Source of the DNA: Octopus vulgaris
Lineage: Eukaryota
Assembly (NCBI GenBank): GCA_951406725.2
Contig: OX597818.1
Coordinates: 147,250,001 to 147,314,000, forward strand
Reading direction: 5' to 3'
Length of the DNA stretch: 64,000 nt
Shown here: positions 41,711-55,481 of the stretch, in pieces
Position numbering within the stretch: the first letter of the stretch is position 1
Layout: each line of letters begins with the position of its first letter
Translations under genes and position numbers: made by a program
The notes under the pieces: model-generated
Told to the model about the DNA's origin: nothing
Database searches by the model: none
The model's input: only the letters and a program-made list of their open reading frames with translations

Positions 41711-43419
41711 GGACCGCATGAAATGTGACTCATCCTCAGGCGCGTCACATTAAAAAAGAGAATTCACGGCTATTTTTCGCGGACCACAATTTGTACAAGT
41801 CTGCTGCAGAAGTTTGCATAAAATGTGATGAGGGAGAAAAAGAGAAACGAGACAAAGTCCATGTATTTGTATGGCATTTTAATACCATGCAAATACATGA
41901 ATTTCATACAGATAAATGAAATCATGGACGATACTGTTTTTTTTCTGAGTGATCTAACTTAACCTCTAACTAGGTCCAGTCAGCTTACTTTGACTGCCGG
42001 ATGCAAGGGCCCTTCTCAGTTGTTAATCTCCGACTTATAGGCTCATGCTTCGAGAAGTTCCGCTTAAAACAACAACAGCAATAATAATGGTTTTTAATTT
42101 TGGCATTTTAATTTTAATTTTAATTTTGGCCCAGTAATTTTGAGGAGTGAAGCTTAGTCGATAGCATCGACATCAATATTTGAATGTACTTTATTTAATC
42201 GACCTCGGAAGGATAAGAGGCAAAATTGATAGGAAAAATACTGCAAAGTACTTTATCCAACACTAACGATTCTGACAATACAACGCCCTTGTAGCGAGAC
42301 TAATTTGTATTACTGCATGTTTAAGAACATGAAGTTTGGTTTATACAGGCTCACGCCGCTCATTTGTTGTGATTGGTTAAAATACCTATCATATGAGTTA
42401 TTGGACATTTACTGAGACCTGTGTTATGATTAGCTTTGTGCTGCGCTGGAATCGAGTTCAAAGTCTATTCACGCTGCGCGATATTTTAAACGACTAACCC
42501 TGTGTGTGTCCTGGAACCTGTTTTTTCTCCATAAATTGGTGTGCCAAATTGTTTACGAGTTAGAAAGGTGAGAGCTTTTATTGAGGCGAGTTTGCAGATC
42601 CAACCGTCCAGAGGAGAATCTATATATAACAATTCAAGCCGAACTATCAAACTGATGGATGAATAACAACTGACAGAACTTGTAATGATTCTTGCTTTGA
42701 TCCACTTTACGAAGGAATAAAGGCCTAACGTTATTTTAAAGATGGTTTCTTTTGTTACTTATACAAATGAATACGCGAAATATATTATACAATGATATAC
42801 ATGATTCTTCGATAAAACATCGAGAGACTTTCCTCGTAAAACCATCAATGACGGTTTCCTATTCAAGCACAAGGCCATCAGTTTTGAGAGGAAGGGGTTA
42901 GTCGATACCATCGAACCCACTATTTGACTGTACTTTAATTTTTCAACACCGGAGAAAAGAAAGACTGTTGGCTTTGGCTGGATTTGAACTCAGAACATAA
43001 ACAACAAAAATAAATTCCTGCATAGTATTTTCCCTGACACTAACGACTCTCTCTACTTCTCCAGAGCCCTGAATAATAATAAGCAAATATTCTGCTCAAT
43101 ACCACAGATTTGCATGTCGGTTGTTTGACCTTAACCAATTGAGCTTGTTCCTAAGATGGTTGATGATATGTGCATCTTTGATCATGAGCAGAAGTAGTGC
43201 GAGAGCATCACAGCCATGTGTTGAGAGGAATTCTTTGGGGTTTGAATGATTCACCTCTGGAAACAAGTTTTTCGTTTAACATCCTTAAACAAACCTTAAT
43301 CAAGGACCTTTTGAGCGGAATGGGCAACTCGACCTGAAGAAAATTCCAACTGGGCCCCACCTGCAAGGTCATGCACCGTTTAACTTGATATAAGATTACC
43401 ATGCCGCGCACATATGATT

Positions 43420-43990
43420 TCAAATTTTGCCCCAAGGGCAGCAGTTTTGTTGGAGGGGATGAGTCGATTACATCGACCCCAGTGTTCAACTGGTACTTAT
43501 TTTATTGACGTCGAAAGGATGAAAGACAAAGTCGACTTCGGCGGAATTTGAATTCAGAACGTTGCGACGGGCGAAAAACTTATTTCTTTATTACCCACAA
43601 GGGGCTAAACACAGAGAGGATAAACAAAAACAGACAAATGGATTAAGTCGATTACATCGACCCCAGTGTGAAAGGATGAAAGGCAAAGTCGACCTCGGCG
43701 GAATTTGAACTCAGAACGTAACAGCAGACGAAATACCGCTAAGAATTTCGCCCGCCGTGCTAAAGTTTCTGCCAGCTCGCTGCCTTAATAATAATAACAA
43801 TCCTTTCTACTAAAGGCATAAGGCCTGAAATTTGGGGGAGCAGGATAGCTGATTACATCGACCCCAGTACTCAACTGGTATTTATTTTATCGACCCCGAA
43901 AGGATGAAAGGCAAAGTCGAACGCGGAACATGAAGACAGACGAAATACCGTTAAGCATGCTAACGATTCTGCCAGCTCGCCGCCTTAATA
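43420..43990 (-). mobile_element. Tandem cluster of family C SINE units
   Basis: Three repeats of the core motif. Confidence 0.8.
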
Positions 43991-44011
43991 ACAACAACAA
44001 CAACAACAATA

Positions 44012-44365
44012 AAGGTGATGGAGACCTGCTGCAATATGCCGCGAAAGATATGGGTGTAAATGCAGATGAAATGAATGGCAAAGGATAATTTAACCAAAGA
44101 GCTGAGGAGAAAAGAAGACCTTCTTGAAATGAGAATGCATGGACAGTTTGAAAGGAATACACAGGACGTTAAGGATAATACAGCATCGTGGGCATGGCTT
44201 GAGCGAGGTTATTTGAAGCGTACCACTGAAAGCATGGTCATTGCTGCACAAGACCAGGTTCTCGCTACCAAGTCAATGAAGTATAACATCTATAAAACTT
44301 CTGACACTCAGAAATGAAAACTCCGTGGAAAGAGTGTGGAAAATATGACCCACTTGGTAAGTAGA
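44012..44365 (+). mobile_element. R4/Dong-like non-LTR retrotransposon fragment
   Basis: MHGQF...SWAWLERGYLKRTTESMVIAAQDQVLAT motif typical of RLE-bearing R4-clade elements. Confidence 0.75.
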
Positions 44366-44387
44366 TGTAGATGTGAATGTATGAATT

Positions 44388-44716
44388 TGTTTGACGAAAA
44401 TGTTTGATGAAAATGTTTGACGAAAATGTTTGATGAAAATGTTTGACGAAAATGTTTGATGAAGATGTTTGATGAAAATGCTTGCCGAAAATGTTTGATG
44501 AAGATGTTTCAAAAATATTTGATGAAGTTGAAAATGTGCAAGGAAAATGTTTGACGAAAATGTTTGATGAAGATGTTTGATGAAAATGTTTGCCGGAAAT
44601 GTTTGATGAAGATGTTTCAAAAATATTTGATGAAAATGTTTGATGAAGTTGAAAATGTGCAAGGAAAATGTTTGACGAAAATGTTTGGTGAAAACGTTTG
44701 ACGAAAATACTTGATA
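44388..44716. repeat. 13-bp minisatellite (TGTTTGAYGAAAA)n
   Basis: About 25 adjacent units with variants. Confidence 0.9.
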
Positions 44717-45387
44717 CAGTGGAAAATGAGAGTAATCTGCAAGAGTAAGAGGTTCTGAAAATCATACTCGATCGCATTACCGATTGCAGCAGGACAATCT
44801 GTTTCCAGAAGCTGACAAACGGGAGCTCTCCTTTCCCTCGACCAACTGTAGTATACCATCGTTTTGTGACAATGGAGACGTAGCTAAAGCCGAAGAGGAA
44901 TGGAAAACTGCAAGAAAATAAGTTCTCCAGCATGAAAAGAAAGGAGAAATCAGTCAACAGGCGTAGTATAAACAAATTCTCGACAACGGCGGGAGTGGCA
45001 ACGGCTGTGACCTATGAATTACATATGAAACTTATATGGCAGACGTGATGCGACGGAATTGATCTTGACATATTATTCACCGATGATGACGTAATACATG
45101 AGACATGCAAGCGTCAGAATATTATTACATGCTGAAATAGGAACTTTCGGAAGCCAAGGCAAGATATGAGGCGGGGGTCTCTGTCTGTTTGTGTGTGTCT
45201 CTCTCGTCCTACTCAAAGTATGTTGACAGATATTTTCGGGTGCGCCAATTCCATTATGAATATTAGTGAGCAGGTGGGCAGAGACTTAAGGGTGTCCCAA
45301 CTCGACCCGACTGGTTGTCACTCGTCCATGTGTAACTGAGTCATCTGACATCTTTTCATCTGCTTTCAAATGACATGTTTTATTTCA

Positions 45388-45660
45388 CACATACATACAT
45401 ACATACATACATGCATACATACATACATGCATGCATACATACATACATACATACATACATACATACATACACACATACATACATACATGCATACATACAT
45501 ACATGCATGCATACATACATACATACATACATACATACATACATACATACATACATACATGCATGCATACATACATACATACATACATACATACATACAT
45601 ACATGCATGCATGCATGCATGCATACATACATACATACATACATACATACATACATACAT
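45388..45660. repeat. (CATA)n microsatellite
   Basis: Direct reading. Confidence 0.95.
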
Positions 45661-46139
45661 GTTTGTTTGTTTTTTCAGTGTCCCTCTATCAAGTCCACTT
45701 ACAAGCTTTTAGTCGGCCCAAGGCACTAGTAGAAGATTGGACCTGAAACCGTGTGTTTGGGAACCAAGCTTCTTACCACACACCCACGCTTGCTCTCTAA
45801 ATATATTTAACCAATGGAGAGATTATTTTTTATCCCTTCTTAAGACCTGAATTCAGTCATGTGACCCCAGAGTTTTCTCGACTATTTCACACAAATAGCG
45901 AAAAGAAGAAACCAGCAATTTGTGTGTGTGTGTGTGTGTGTGATTAAAAAGTAAAGTTTTCATCCATTCGTTCATGCCAATGCTTTAAAATGTAATTTTA
46001 TATATTTAAAGTTATTTAAGAAAGGTTACGTAAAAAAGTAAACTAGCCCCTAAATTGTCTATTAGCATAAAGCTTCGATTTATTTTAAAAGATTATAACC
46101 CAGGAGAATTTCTCGTGCTTTCAGTCAACCTCAGGATGG

Positions 46140-47300
46140 CAAAGGGTCAATTAGTTCAGTTTTCTCTCTACTTTCCCCTACTTTGAAACAAATAAGAAGA
46201 ATATTATTGTAGCGAATCTTGCATGTATGAAGTGGATTCGATCCACTATAGCCAAATTTAAACTAACACTGCTACAGAACTTTTCCCACGGCGGAACAAT
46301 GGTTTTTCTCTGACAGCAGTTTTTATATTTCCCAGATGCCTTTTTGCAAGGCCGAAATAATGTCTTCACCACTTGACCCTTTCTAACCTCTTCTACTTCA
46401 CCAAAAGCTAGAATAGATAACAAGACCACCAACTAAATCTATTGTTCTAAATGATATATCTATCCTTCTGGATAGTTATATAAACCGGATCTTCAACATC
46501 CTAGATTTCGCAGGATGCTTCTCGAAACCTCAGAATTCTGCATTAGTGTCTCTTGAACCAGTACATACTGAAGGTCTTGACGGGCCGAATGCATGATATG
46601 AAATGGTTCCAAAAGTGGAGAATAACTCTGACCACCGAGCAAATGCCGCTGTACATTGCAGCGATTCAGATTCTGAAAACATATCCGAAGCTAATCCCCC
46701 ATGAAGACAGCTGCAAAGTAATGATAGCTGATCCTATTGAACGCTTTCGATTGATCTAAACTACTCTTATCTACTCTTTCTATGATGTCTCGCGCGAGAT
46801 AGAAGGTGTTATGAATAGAACTGTTTGTTATGTCACATGTCTGCGCATCTACGAGACCATCAATAATAAACATCAATCTTTTGGCTAAAACCACGACCAA
46901 AATTTCCTACTTCGCATTGAGCAGAGTTACCGTTCTAAAATTATCAGTCGTCGCCCTTGTTCGGATCCATTCTCTTTCCATTGTTCTCCGAACTACGTCT
47001 AGCTTTCCAACATGTATAAATACAGAGTACTAAATATAATTCTTCTTCTTTTGTTCGGCACCTTTCCTGAAGGAACATCTCTCTTGCGCTTTTCTTTGGC
47101 ACTTTTGCCGAAAGAGCACCTCCCTCTTTCATCCGGAACTTCGGTGAATGAGCATATCTATCTGTTTCTAGCATGCCTATCTTTCTTTTCTACTCGACAC
47201 TTGGCTGGATGTACATGGCTGCTGTTCTTACCATTAACATCCTTTTACCACAATAAAACAACAGACTGCTACCGTTTTTTGGTACTTTTTGGTTATCTTA
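46140..47300 (-). mobile_element. Heavily deleted L1/Tx1-like remnants
   Basis: IHNTFYLARDII...LDQSKAFNRI RT motif in ORF 46691-46900. Confidence 0.55.
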
Positions 47301-47899
47301 CCCCTATAGCCATTCGATGGTTAAATAAAATCCTATTATATATATATAATTAAATATTATTAGGAATTGTATTAAAAATTGTTAAAACATTTTGTGTATT
47401 GGAAAAGTATAACCAATCTGTAGGACATGAAATTTAACAGCAAAATTTTATATGGACCCCTAAGGGCCTTATGGATCCCGGTTGAGAACAACTGTTCTAA
47501 ATGAACCATATAATCACGACAGCATCACCGAAACCACACCTACACTAAATACAATTAAATTCACAACAACTCTACCACCATCATTACAACAACCTACCTT
47601 AACAAAAGAAAACATGTTCGGCAGCTCACACATCAAAACACACCCACCTCAAACTTTGTGCTAGATAAAGGATACGAATCAAAAACCGAAATCCTTTATC
47701 GCTCAAAGGGAAAATATTGAAGCAAAGGGAAATGTCTTTAGATCCAGCACTTCCAAAGCGCCAGAAAATTTTAAATAATAAGGCTGCATTTGGAGATATG
47801 CAAAACAATTTGGAAAGCCTTACTACAAGAGCCAGTAGTAGGTTCCCAAAAGTACAAAAAAAAAATACACGGAGATTTAGTTACCTGGTTAGGATTGCT

Positions 47900-48570
47900 T
47901 TAGAAGCAGGGTCCCCAACTGAATGATCTCAGGTCATATGCTTCCGATATGATGACCACTGGCAAGACCAAGCTCCGACACATACGCTTTAGTACTAATT
48001 TTTGGAAATCTTCGTATTTCTTACTCAGCGCGGAATGGGGATGGATAGGGTGCTGTTTGGGAAAGGCCAGAGCCTCAAGATACGATCGATCTTCTTGGAT
48101 CTGGAAGGTAATTTAGTGGTCCTGGATGTGAACAATAGCGAAGGTGGTGCCTTTAGACAAGTCACAATGTACGCCCCAACTTGGAAGGAGCGGTCAGATT
48201 CCAAATGTCTGCTGGCGTTCCTGAGAACGTCTCAGTCTTTAGTGCGAGTGGGCGTTTGAAACACTGTCGTGGATATGAGTAGAGGAGTGTGAAAAGCTCG
48301 CAAATATGCTCATTCGTTTCCATTTGCCTGACAGGAACCGATAAGATTTCCTGAATGCAACAATGTGGAGATAGGCGAACGGCATTGGGTCATCCGAATC
48401 GTATCTATCCTATAATCTATCAGTTTGGGATAGCAAAGTGGTCAGCTAAACAGGCTACAAATTTGTGATCTGTATGGTCGATATAAATAGACTTCGTGGA
48501 CAGGGACCCAATCACTGGAAGCTGATCGTGTCTTTGCTAGCACACCAAGCTTGTAAAGACTTAACGTCTC
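47900..48570 (+). mobile_element. L1/Tx1-like APE remnant
   Basis: IFLDLEGNLVVLDV...FRQVTMYAP, homologous to ORF 35689; GPNHWKL. Confidence 0.65.
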
Positions 48571-48639
48571 TGGTCAAATCCATTTCAACCAAAGATGTTA
48601 AGTTAAATAATAGGACTAATATAAGTATGACAGCTGACT

Positions 48640-49068
48640 CTCATCAATTCATTTCTTTACTACCCGCAAGGAGCCAAACACAGAGGGGACAAACAAGGAC
48701 ATACAAACGGATTAAGTCGATTATATCGACCCCAGTGCGTAACTGGTACTTAATTTATCGACCCCGAAAGGATGAAAGGCAAAGTCGACCTCGGAGGAAT
48801 TTGAACTCAGAACGTAACGGCAGACGAAATACCTATTTCTTTACTACCCACAAAGGGGCTAAACACAGAGAGGATAAACAAAGACAGACAAACGGATTAA
48901 GTCGATTACATCAACCCCAGTGCGTAACTGGTACTTAATTTATTGACCCCGAAAGGATGAATGGCAAAGTCGACCTCGGCGGAATTTGAACTCAGAACGT
49001 AACAGCAGACGAAATACCGCTAAGAATTTCGCCCGCCGTGCTAAAGTTTCTGCCAGCTCGCCGCCTTC
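48640..49068 (-). mobile_element. Family C SINE with duplicated internal unit, well preserved
   Basis: Two core units ~185 bp apart; head ggcggcgagctggcagaaac. Confidence 0.85.
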
Positions 49069-49079
49069 ATAAATTTCTA

Positions 49080-50130
49080 AATGCTGATGCCGAGAACATT
49101 GGAAAGGAGCTTACATAAAAATCTAGACTAAGGTTTCGATTCCTGGTTAAGAATCCATAAAATTATCTGCTTCAGCTCCAGCAACAGGTATGAAAACCGT
49201 TTCTTTAATGATTACAGTCCTTTTATGTCCTGCTTCAAGTCATACTTGACCTGCTTTTCTTTTTCCGACATTTCGTCATCACCAGGGCATGCAGTAACTA
49301 TGATTAATCGGGTTTTTTCCTTCTTTATTCACAACCATTATATCCCGTTTTTGATGTTCAATTTTATGATCACATTAGATCATTACACCCCGCAGTTTCT
49401 TTACTTTGTCTTTCTCAAATACTCCTTCCGAGGTTCTGCCCATACCACGATTTTATCTATCCAATTCATACTTCCCACGCAAATCCTAATGAATCATTCT
49501 TACGATATTTTCATTGGTATTTTTTATGGGCCAGTTTCATTTACTCATTCACAATATATCATATAATCTCACCTTTATCACCGCACACTTTGCACTTGTC
49601 ACTTTCGACTGTATTGCTAATGCTGTATTTGGTGTAATCTGTCCTAAGTGCTTGTTTCCGCGCTGCACAGATAAGCACTTCTGTCTCTGCCTTCAAATCT
49701 CTCCTCCTTAGTTACCTTCCATCGGCGTTTGTATTCCTACCCAACTCTCTCCCAAACTGCTCGTAATTCCATTTTCTTTCTTCTCTACTCTTTGTCTCTT
49801 TGTGCTTCCATTCAAATATCAGTCCTCACTAAACCAAATATTCGCACCTGAACCAGCAAAAGTTCTATAGTATTGTAGTAGACCTCTTTTAGGCATAGAG
49901 TAGATTCGAACCTGAATCGACAAATTTTCCATAACAGTTCAACAGCACTTTTCTCACAGAAAAACAATAGTGGCAGCATTTAGCATATGACTCTACCAAT
50001 TTGAATTATGTCTTTGCCACCTGACTCTTCTAACCTCTTCTAGGCGATGAATAGTTAGAATTGAGATAACAGGTACCCCCAACGAAATCCCTTATTCTCA
50101 ATAATATGTCTCTCCTTCTAACTAGTTTGG
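49080..50130 (-). mobile_element. R4/Dong-like remnant (zinc knuckle and restriction-like endonuclease region)
   Basis: Manual translation includes AETEVLICAAREQALRTN and CDHKIEHQKRDIMVVNK...ACPGD. Confidence 0.65.
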
Positions 50131-50562
50131 ATAGTTATAAATACTAGAATTTGGTAAGGCAAAATCAGTTAGTGAGAGCAACTGATAGAGGGATGGTTGA
50201 CCGTCTGAACGACAACTATGGAATTAACCAAAGTAGAAGTTGTGTCCCACACTCTCTCACTTTCTTTTCTCTACAACATCACTCTGTCTCTATCTTACTT
50301 ACTGTTAGAATTACAAACGTGTACGCACTTATACAAGAAGAAATTAACTCTCTTAACCTCGCATGCTTTTCCACTTATATTATTACACACACCTTGCCCG
50401 TCGAGGCATGGAATTATATTAAGTAACGGTAAATAAATAAATTTGAAGTCAACATCAACTTTGATCCCTGTTCTTCTTTCATCTTGCACATCTGCAACAG
50501 CAACACCTGTTACAATCGCTAACTGCCGACTCCAACAATTATCATAGTATTATACCGTTACA

Positions 50563-50942
50563 AGTGGAGGCGCAATGGCCCAGAGGTTAGGGCAACGGAC
50601 TCGCGGTCGTAGGATCGCGGTTTCGATTCCCAGACCGGGTGTTGTGAGTGTTTATTGAGCGAAAACACCTAAAGCTCCACGAGGCTCCGGCAGGGGATGG
50701 TGGTGATCCCTGCTGTACTCTTTCACCACAACTTTCTCTCACTCTTTCTTCCTGTTTCTGTTGTACCTGTATTTCAAAGGGCCGGCCTTGTCACTCTCTG
50801 TGTCACGCTGAATATCCCCGAGAACTACGTTAAGGGTACACTTGTCTGTGGAGTGCTCAGCCACTTACACGTTAATTTCACGAGCAGGCTGTTCCGTTGA
50901 TTCGGAACCCTCATTGTCGTAACCGACGGAGTGCTTCCATAT
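50563..50942 (+). mobile_element. Full-length tRNA-derived SINE, family D, with 13-bp TSD
   Basis: A box tggcccagaggttagg, B box ggtttcgattcc; TSD ttataccgttaca at 50550-50562 and 50943-50955. Confidence 0.9.
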
Positions 50943-51399
50943 TTATACCGTTACAGTTGGGTGACATATCACCCAAACGAACAGATACAGTTTTCACAGC
51001 TGATTAACTCTCGCCCACTTGTGTGCCTGGTTAGATATAACCTGTCAATAATGCTCTCGGAGTGGAATCCCTTGCATTGTGAGTAGACTTCCTGATTTCT
51101 GGTCTAGCCTCTATAACTCCTCTTTCTTTCAATTGATAATACCTGCACTGTACCTCAATAATGCAAACACCTATGTATTGATTTCTTGAAACTTATTTCT
51201 TCAATTCAGTTTTGACCGCAGTATCAGTCTGTCTTCGAAGATACTCTTACAAAAAAACCTTATCATTTCTTCTTCCACCACTTCATTACTTCCGACATAA
51301 CCAGGTATTTATACCCAGTATCGTCAATCCTTTTTTTTTTCCATATGAAACTTTAAAAAGATGCTTAGGGCTTTACTGATGAGGAAATTGTTTGTTACA

Positions 51400-54300
51400 G
51401 AAAAGTCCACCACACAATCTCTTCCACCATTGCAACCAGGAAGCTACCTGTTCTACCCAGTTAGAGGTAGGGTGAGCAAGGAGGCAATTTCACGATGGAT
51501 TCGGTCGATAGCCGGATCGATGCAAAACGCGGCAACAACTGTTCGACCTAATTCCACATCAATCAAGCATTGAACGAAAGCGTACAAAACGGTTCCGGCG
51601 CTCTACTCTCATTACAAACAGTTCTGTAACACACTCTCGATAGCACTGCCAAGCTAAAACTTTCTGGTATTTTACCATTGTAGTTCCCTGTCAGAAAGTC
51701 CTATAGAACAGACCAGCCAGTTCCTTTTCATCGACGCCCAGTAATGCAGCTCCATCAAAGAGACGAACCACGGGAAATTGTGCCTTAGAAACGGAGATCA
51801 CACTCGATCATCGTCCGTAAATTTCTGTTGGTGGCACAGCTTAGGCACGTGTCTACCGTGCCGAGCGCGTCTTGCAGAAGGTATTAGCAGCCGATGGACC
51901 TCCTAACTAGTAGAACACGTCATTTCCTCAAGAACAGACACTCCGACCTAGTTAGACCAAAACTGGGACAAGGTACGACGGTCAGGCGGTAAACTTTGAC
52001 GTAGGCGATGTTTACATTCGTGTCCTACTTCACCTTTCATAGATAGCTTCCTCTTGACTCATTTCTGGGACGAGGTGACATGTTAGACAGCAAGCAATCT
52101 AAATCGTTTGTCAGTCTGTTCAGTGATTCATGACGCTAGCCAATAGTATATACTTGCCTAACAAAACACCTAGTTGCAATCTGAGAAACTTGTTCGGATT
52201 TATCGTTGCACTTGTCACCACATCGCATGCATTCAGGATGGTGGCGACTATTTTTGAGGTGAACATATATGTTGACACGGATCTCCCGTGTTCCAGCTCG
52301 AAAGAGTGCTCCTCAACAGTTCTAGCTTCTGCAGCTGGAGAAGTAGATGGTATAGAAGAAACGAGAGTGTACACCTCTAGCGAAATGAGTACTCGATTCG
52401 AAACGGTTCCGAGAAATGACCATTCACTCTAGCCACTAAGGATATCCTACTGCGCATTGCTACAACCCAACCTCTGAAAACAGATCCCAAACCGACCTCT
52501 TTAGGACGGCTGCTCGGAAGCGATGATCGGTCCTGTCGAAAACTTTCAACTGATCCAAATTGATCAGATCCTACTGTATCACAAGAGATGGAAATTGTGG
52601 ATAAGTGTGTCCAGGATCACGTACGTTTGTGCTTCCCCGATCACTGATAACGGACTCAACCACTTTGCTAATATCTTGTACAAAATCCTAGATTCTGCAG
52701 TGAGCAGAATTATGGGCAGAAAAATCTCTACAAAATCTTCTTGATACTGGAAACTCAGAAAACTGGAAATTCTCCCGTTCTACTTCCTGTTGCAGAAGAT
52801 GCCTGTCAAGAGGTCGCTCATAACCATAAAGTTCGTAAAGCAGACCTTTTGAACTGAGTTATTTGTCCCTTGCGCGGCTGGTCACCGCATCACCTATTTC
52901 AGCTGCTGTTATCGGTCTTTCACAGATCCTGCATCTTCCACTGAGATCTATAACAGACCATTGAATTGGACTCAAAAGTTTACGACTGCTATAAGCCATC
53001 GTTCGCCTCCAACAGTCGCCAAAGTGTAACTAGAAAGCTGCACATCACCTTGTAGTACGTGCTCATACCAGTCCGTTCATAACCGAATCTTGACTTTGTT
53101 GCCACGTTACGCCTCTTCCACCCAAATCCGTCGAACGGTTTTCGTTCCCTTATATTTTAGTGCTGTCTTCTACTTTTCATTAAATATATTTACAATGGCT
53201 ATTCTCGCCATTAGCATGCTGATTGCGACACCTTTCTTAATCGTTTTTTTTTTTTTTTTCACTTTGCTTATTAACTCTCCTTCAACTTTTTTCTTTCTAT
53301 CGCTAAATCTTTACTAATCACTATCGATGTTCATCTTCAAAGGGCGCACCATTCTCGGTTGTTGATAATTTTTCCCCCAACAGCTATCCCTTAACTAGCT
53401 TGATAATCCGATCCCTGTAGTCTTTATGCCTCGGAAAAGTCGCGTTCAGCTTCCAGTAATCAGATCACTGTTTTGGATAGGTCCTATCTAAATCGACCGT
53501 GCAGAACGCAAATTCGTGGTTTGTGTACCCTACCAGTTAAACTGTGGACATCTAACACTATCTTTATTCGCTAACCGAACGAAAACTCTATCTAGATAGG
53601 ATTTGGGTTACGTGATGTGGTTGCTCCATGTTAACACTGGCACATTAGGGAAATCCTATCGGCACCTATCCAACCGTCGGAAATGTCTGGGCAGCTTTTC
53701 GAGGCTTTCACACGCACACGATCCCACCGTGTATCTTAAATACAACTCCAATCCTCAAGTAGTACTCAAGAGTGGGAAGTTACCAATGTTTCTAGACGCC
53801 TGAAGGAATCCGGTCATCCTGTCCCACTTAAGGTAAAACCGCTACAAGTTTGAGACACTGCTCTTACTGTCGTTCACATTCAGAACCACCAATTCAGATC
53901 GAAGAATGTTGTCTGTTAACACTAATTCCAATCCTTTCCTGAATATCACTGCCAATCCACTGCCCGATCGAGACAAACGACAAAATGAGTACAATTCGTA
54001 GTCGCTAAAAATGGTTAAGAGTGTGTGTGTGTGTGTGTGTGTGTGCTCCAGAAATTCTAGTCTCGCTAATAGCTACATCTTTTATGGGGATCTGACGTCG
54101 TGGAGCAAGTGACGTTGCTGCAAAGCTGACACCAGACAACACACATTCATACGTTACTTTAAATGTAGCTATGTCTGTCGGAGAGGTCACTCATCTCTAA
54201 AGGGCGAGTACTGTAGTTCCCTCTTTGGGATGGTGATCCTTCAAAGGCTTCTCTAATAGATTCTTATGTACAATTTTCCTGAAAATCCCCAGAGTTTCGG

Positions 54301-55480
54301 GAATAGTGAGGATTTGAGTGTCATGTACATGTCTGCTAACGTTTTTATTAATATTTTGTCTTTGTGTATTTGGGAAATGAATTCCTTCAATTCTCCCATT
54401 TTGTTGCTATTTCGTCTTTGTATCGTTTTGAAATGTATTCTGTCGACTATCGTTTTTAATTAGAGCGGTGAAGTTAATGAAGTTTCCTTTATGTGTATTT
54501 GGCTGTGTCGTTGTTTCTTTGAGTATTTGTTGTCATCGCCTTTATGTTTGTATATTTTCCTGTTGCTGTTGTTGTTGCTGCTGCTTGTTTGTTTGTTTGT
54601 TTGTTTGTTCAGCGAAGTGGTCTTCGTCCGTCTGTAGTGGGAGAAGTACGAAATGTGGTCCTTTGCTATTCGTAAGAGCCGCAGAAGAGAAAGCAGGTCA
54701 ACCCCCGACACCGAGAGCATCGACGGATGGATGAATGCGCATCCAGGCTCAGCGGTTGCGTAGGAAGTCGGAGACAAGAAACAAGAAGAAAGAGTGAGAG
54801 AAAGTTGGAGCGAAAGAGTACAACAGGGGTCGCCACAACCCCCTGCCGGAGCCTCGTGGAGCTTTAGGTGTTTTCGCTCAATTAACACACACAACGCCTG
54901 GTCTGGGAATTGAAACCGCGATCCTCCGACCGTGAGTCCGCTGCCTTTACCATTGGGCCATTGCACCTCCACTGTTGCTGCTGCTGCTGCTGCTCTTTTA
55001 GTTGGTGTGTTTGGGTGTTGTTGTGGTGGTGGGTTTATCTTTTGAAGTTATTTTGGTGATTGTGCAGGAGGGTAACGGATTTGTGGATTTTTGATACAAT
55101 CTTTGGTTGTTTTTTTTTTTAGTCTCTGTTAACAATTTGACACTATCTGGGAACCCCTTTTCCCTCTTCGCCATTTGACGAGAAATCGGGGGTGCATTTG
55201 TGTCGCTTATGCCTGTGTGTTTCTGCCGCTCTTGCACTTATGGCCTCGACAGCAAGATGGTTTTCGTTCATTTCCGCAGACGACAGAAGGCTCTCTGGTG
55301 ATTGGTGCTGCCACAAATGTAACACCAAGCTCCTCTACAATCTACCCTATTAACTCTCCATTCTCCGGGCGAATGAGTTCGGGGATCTTTTATAGATTTT
55401 CTAGGGTAGGCAGCATCAGTACTTCTACTTTTCTTTCTCAACAATTTTTACGAGTTTGCTCTCATATTAATTATTTCCTT
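51400..55480 (-). mobile_element. Long decayed L1/Tx1-like element interrupted by a SINE
   Basis: APE-like DVAISETRI and LVVLNV pieces at ~53850-54120, RT-like remnants downstream; many stops; extent inferred. Confidence 0.5.
54585..54972 (-). mobile_element. Family D-headed SINE with alternative 3' tail and (AAAC)n end
   Basis: First ~195 bp match 50565-50760; the remainder is unrelated. Confidence 0.85.
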
Positions 55481-55481
55481 A

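Noticed and set aside
44388-44716. CRISPR-like array and ORF 44265-44975
   Set aside because: Contiguous 13-bp units without unique spacers, eukaryotic context, no cas genes; the ORF is repeat translation
50565-50640. tRNA gene (also other SINE heads)
   Set aside because: A/B boxes run into a SINE body with TSDs; no complete cloverleaf evident
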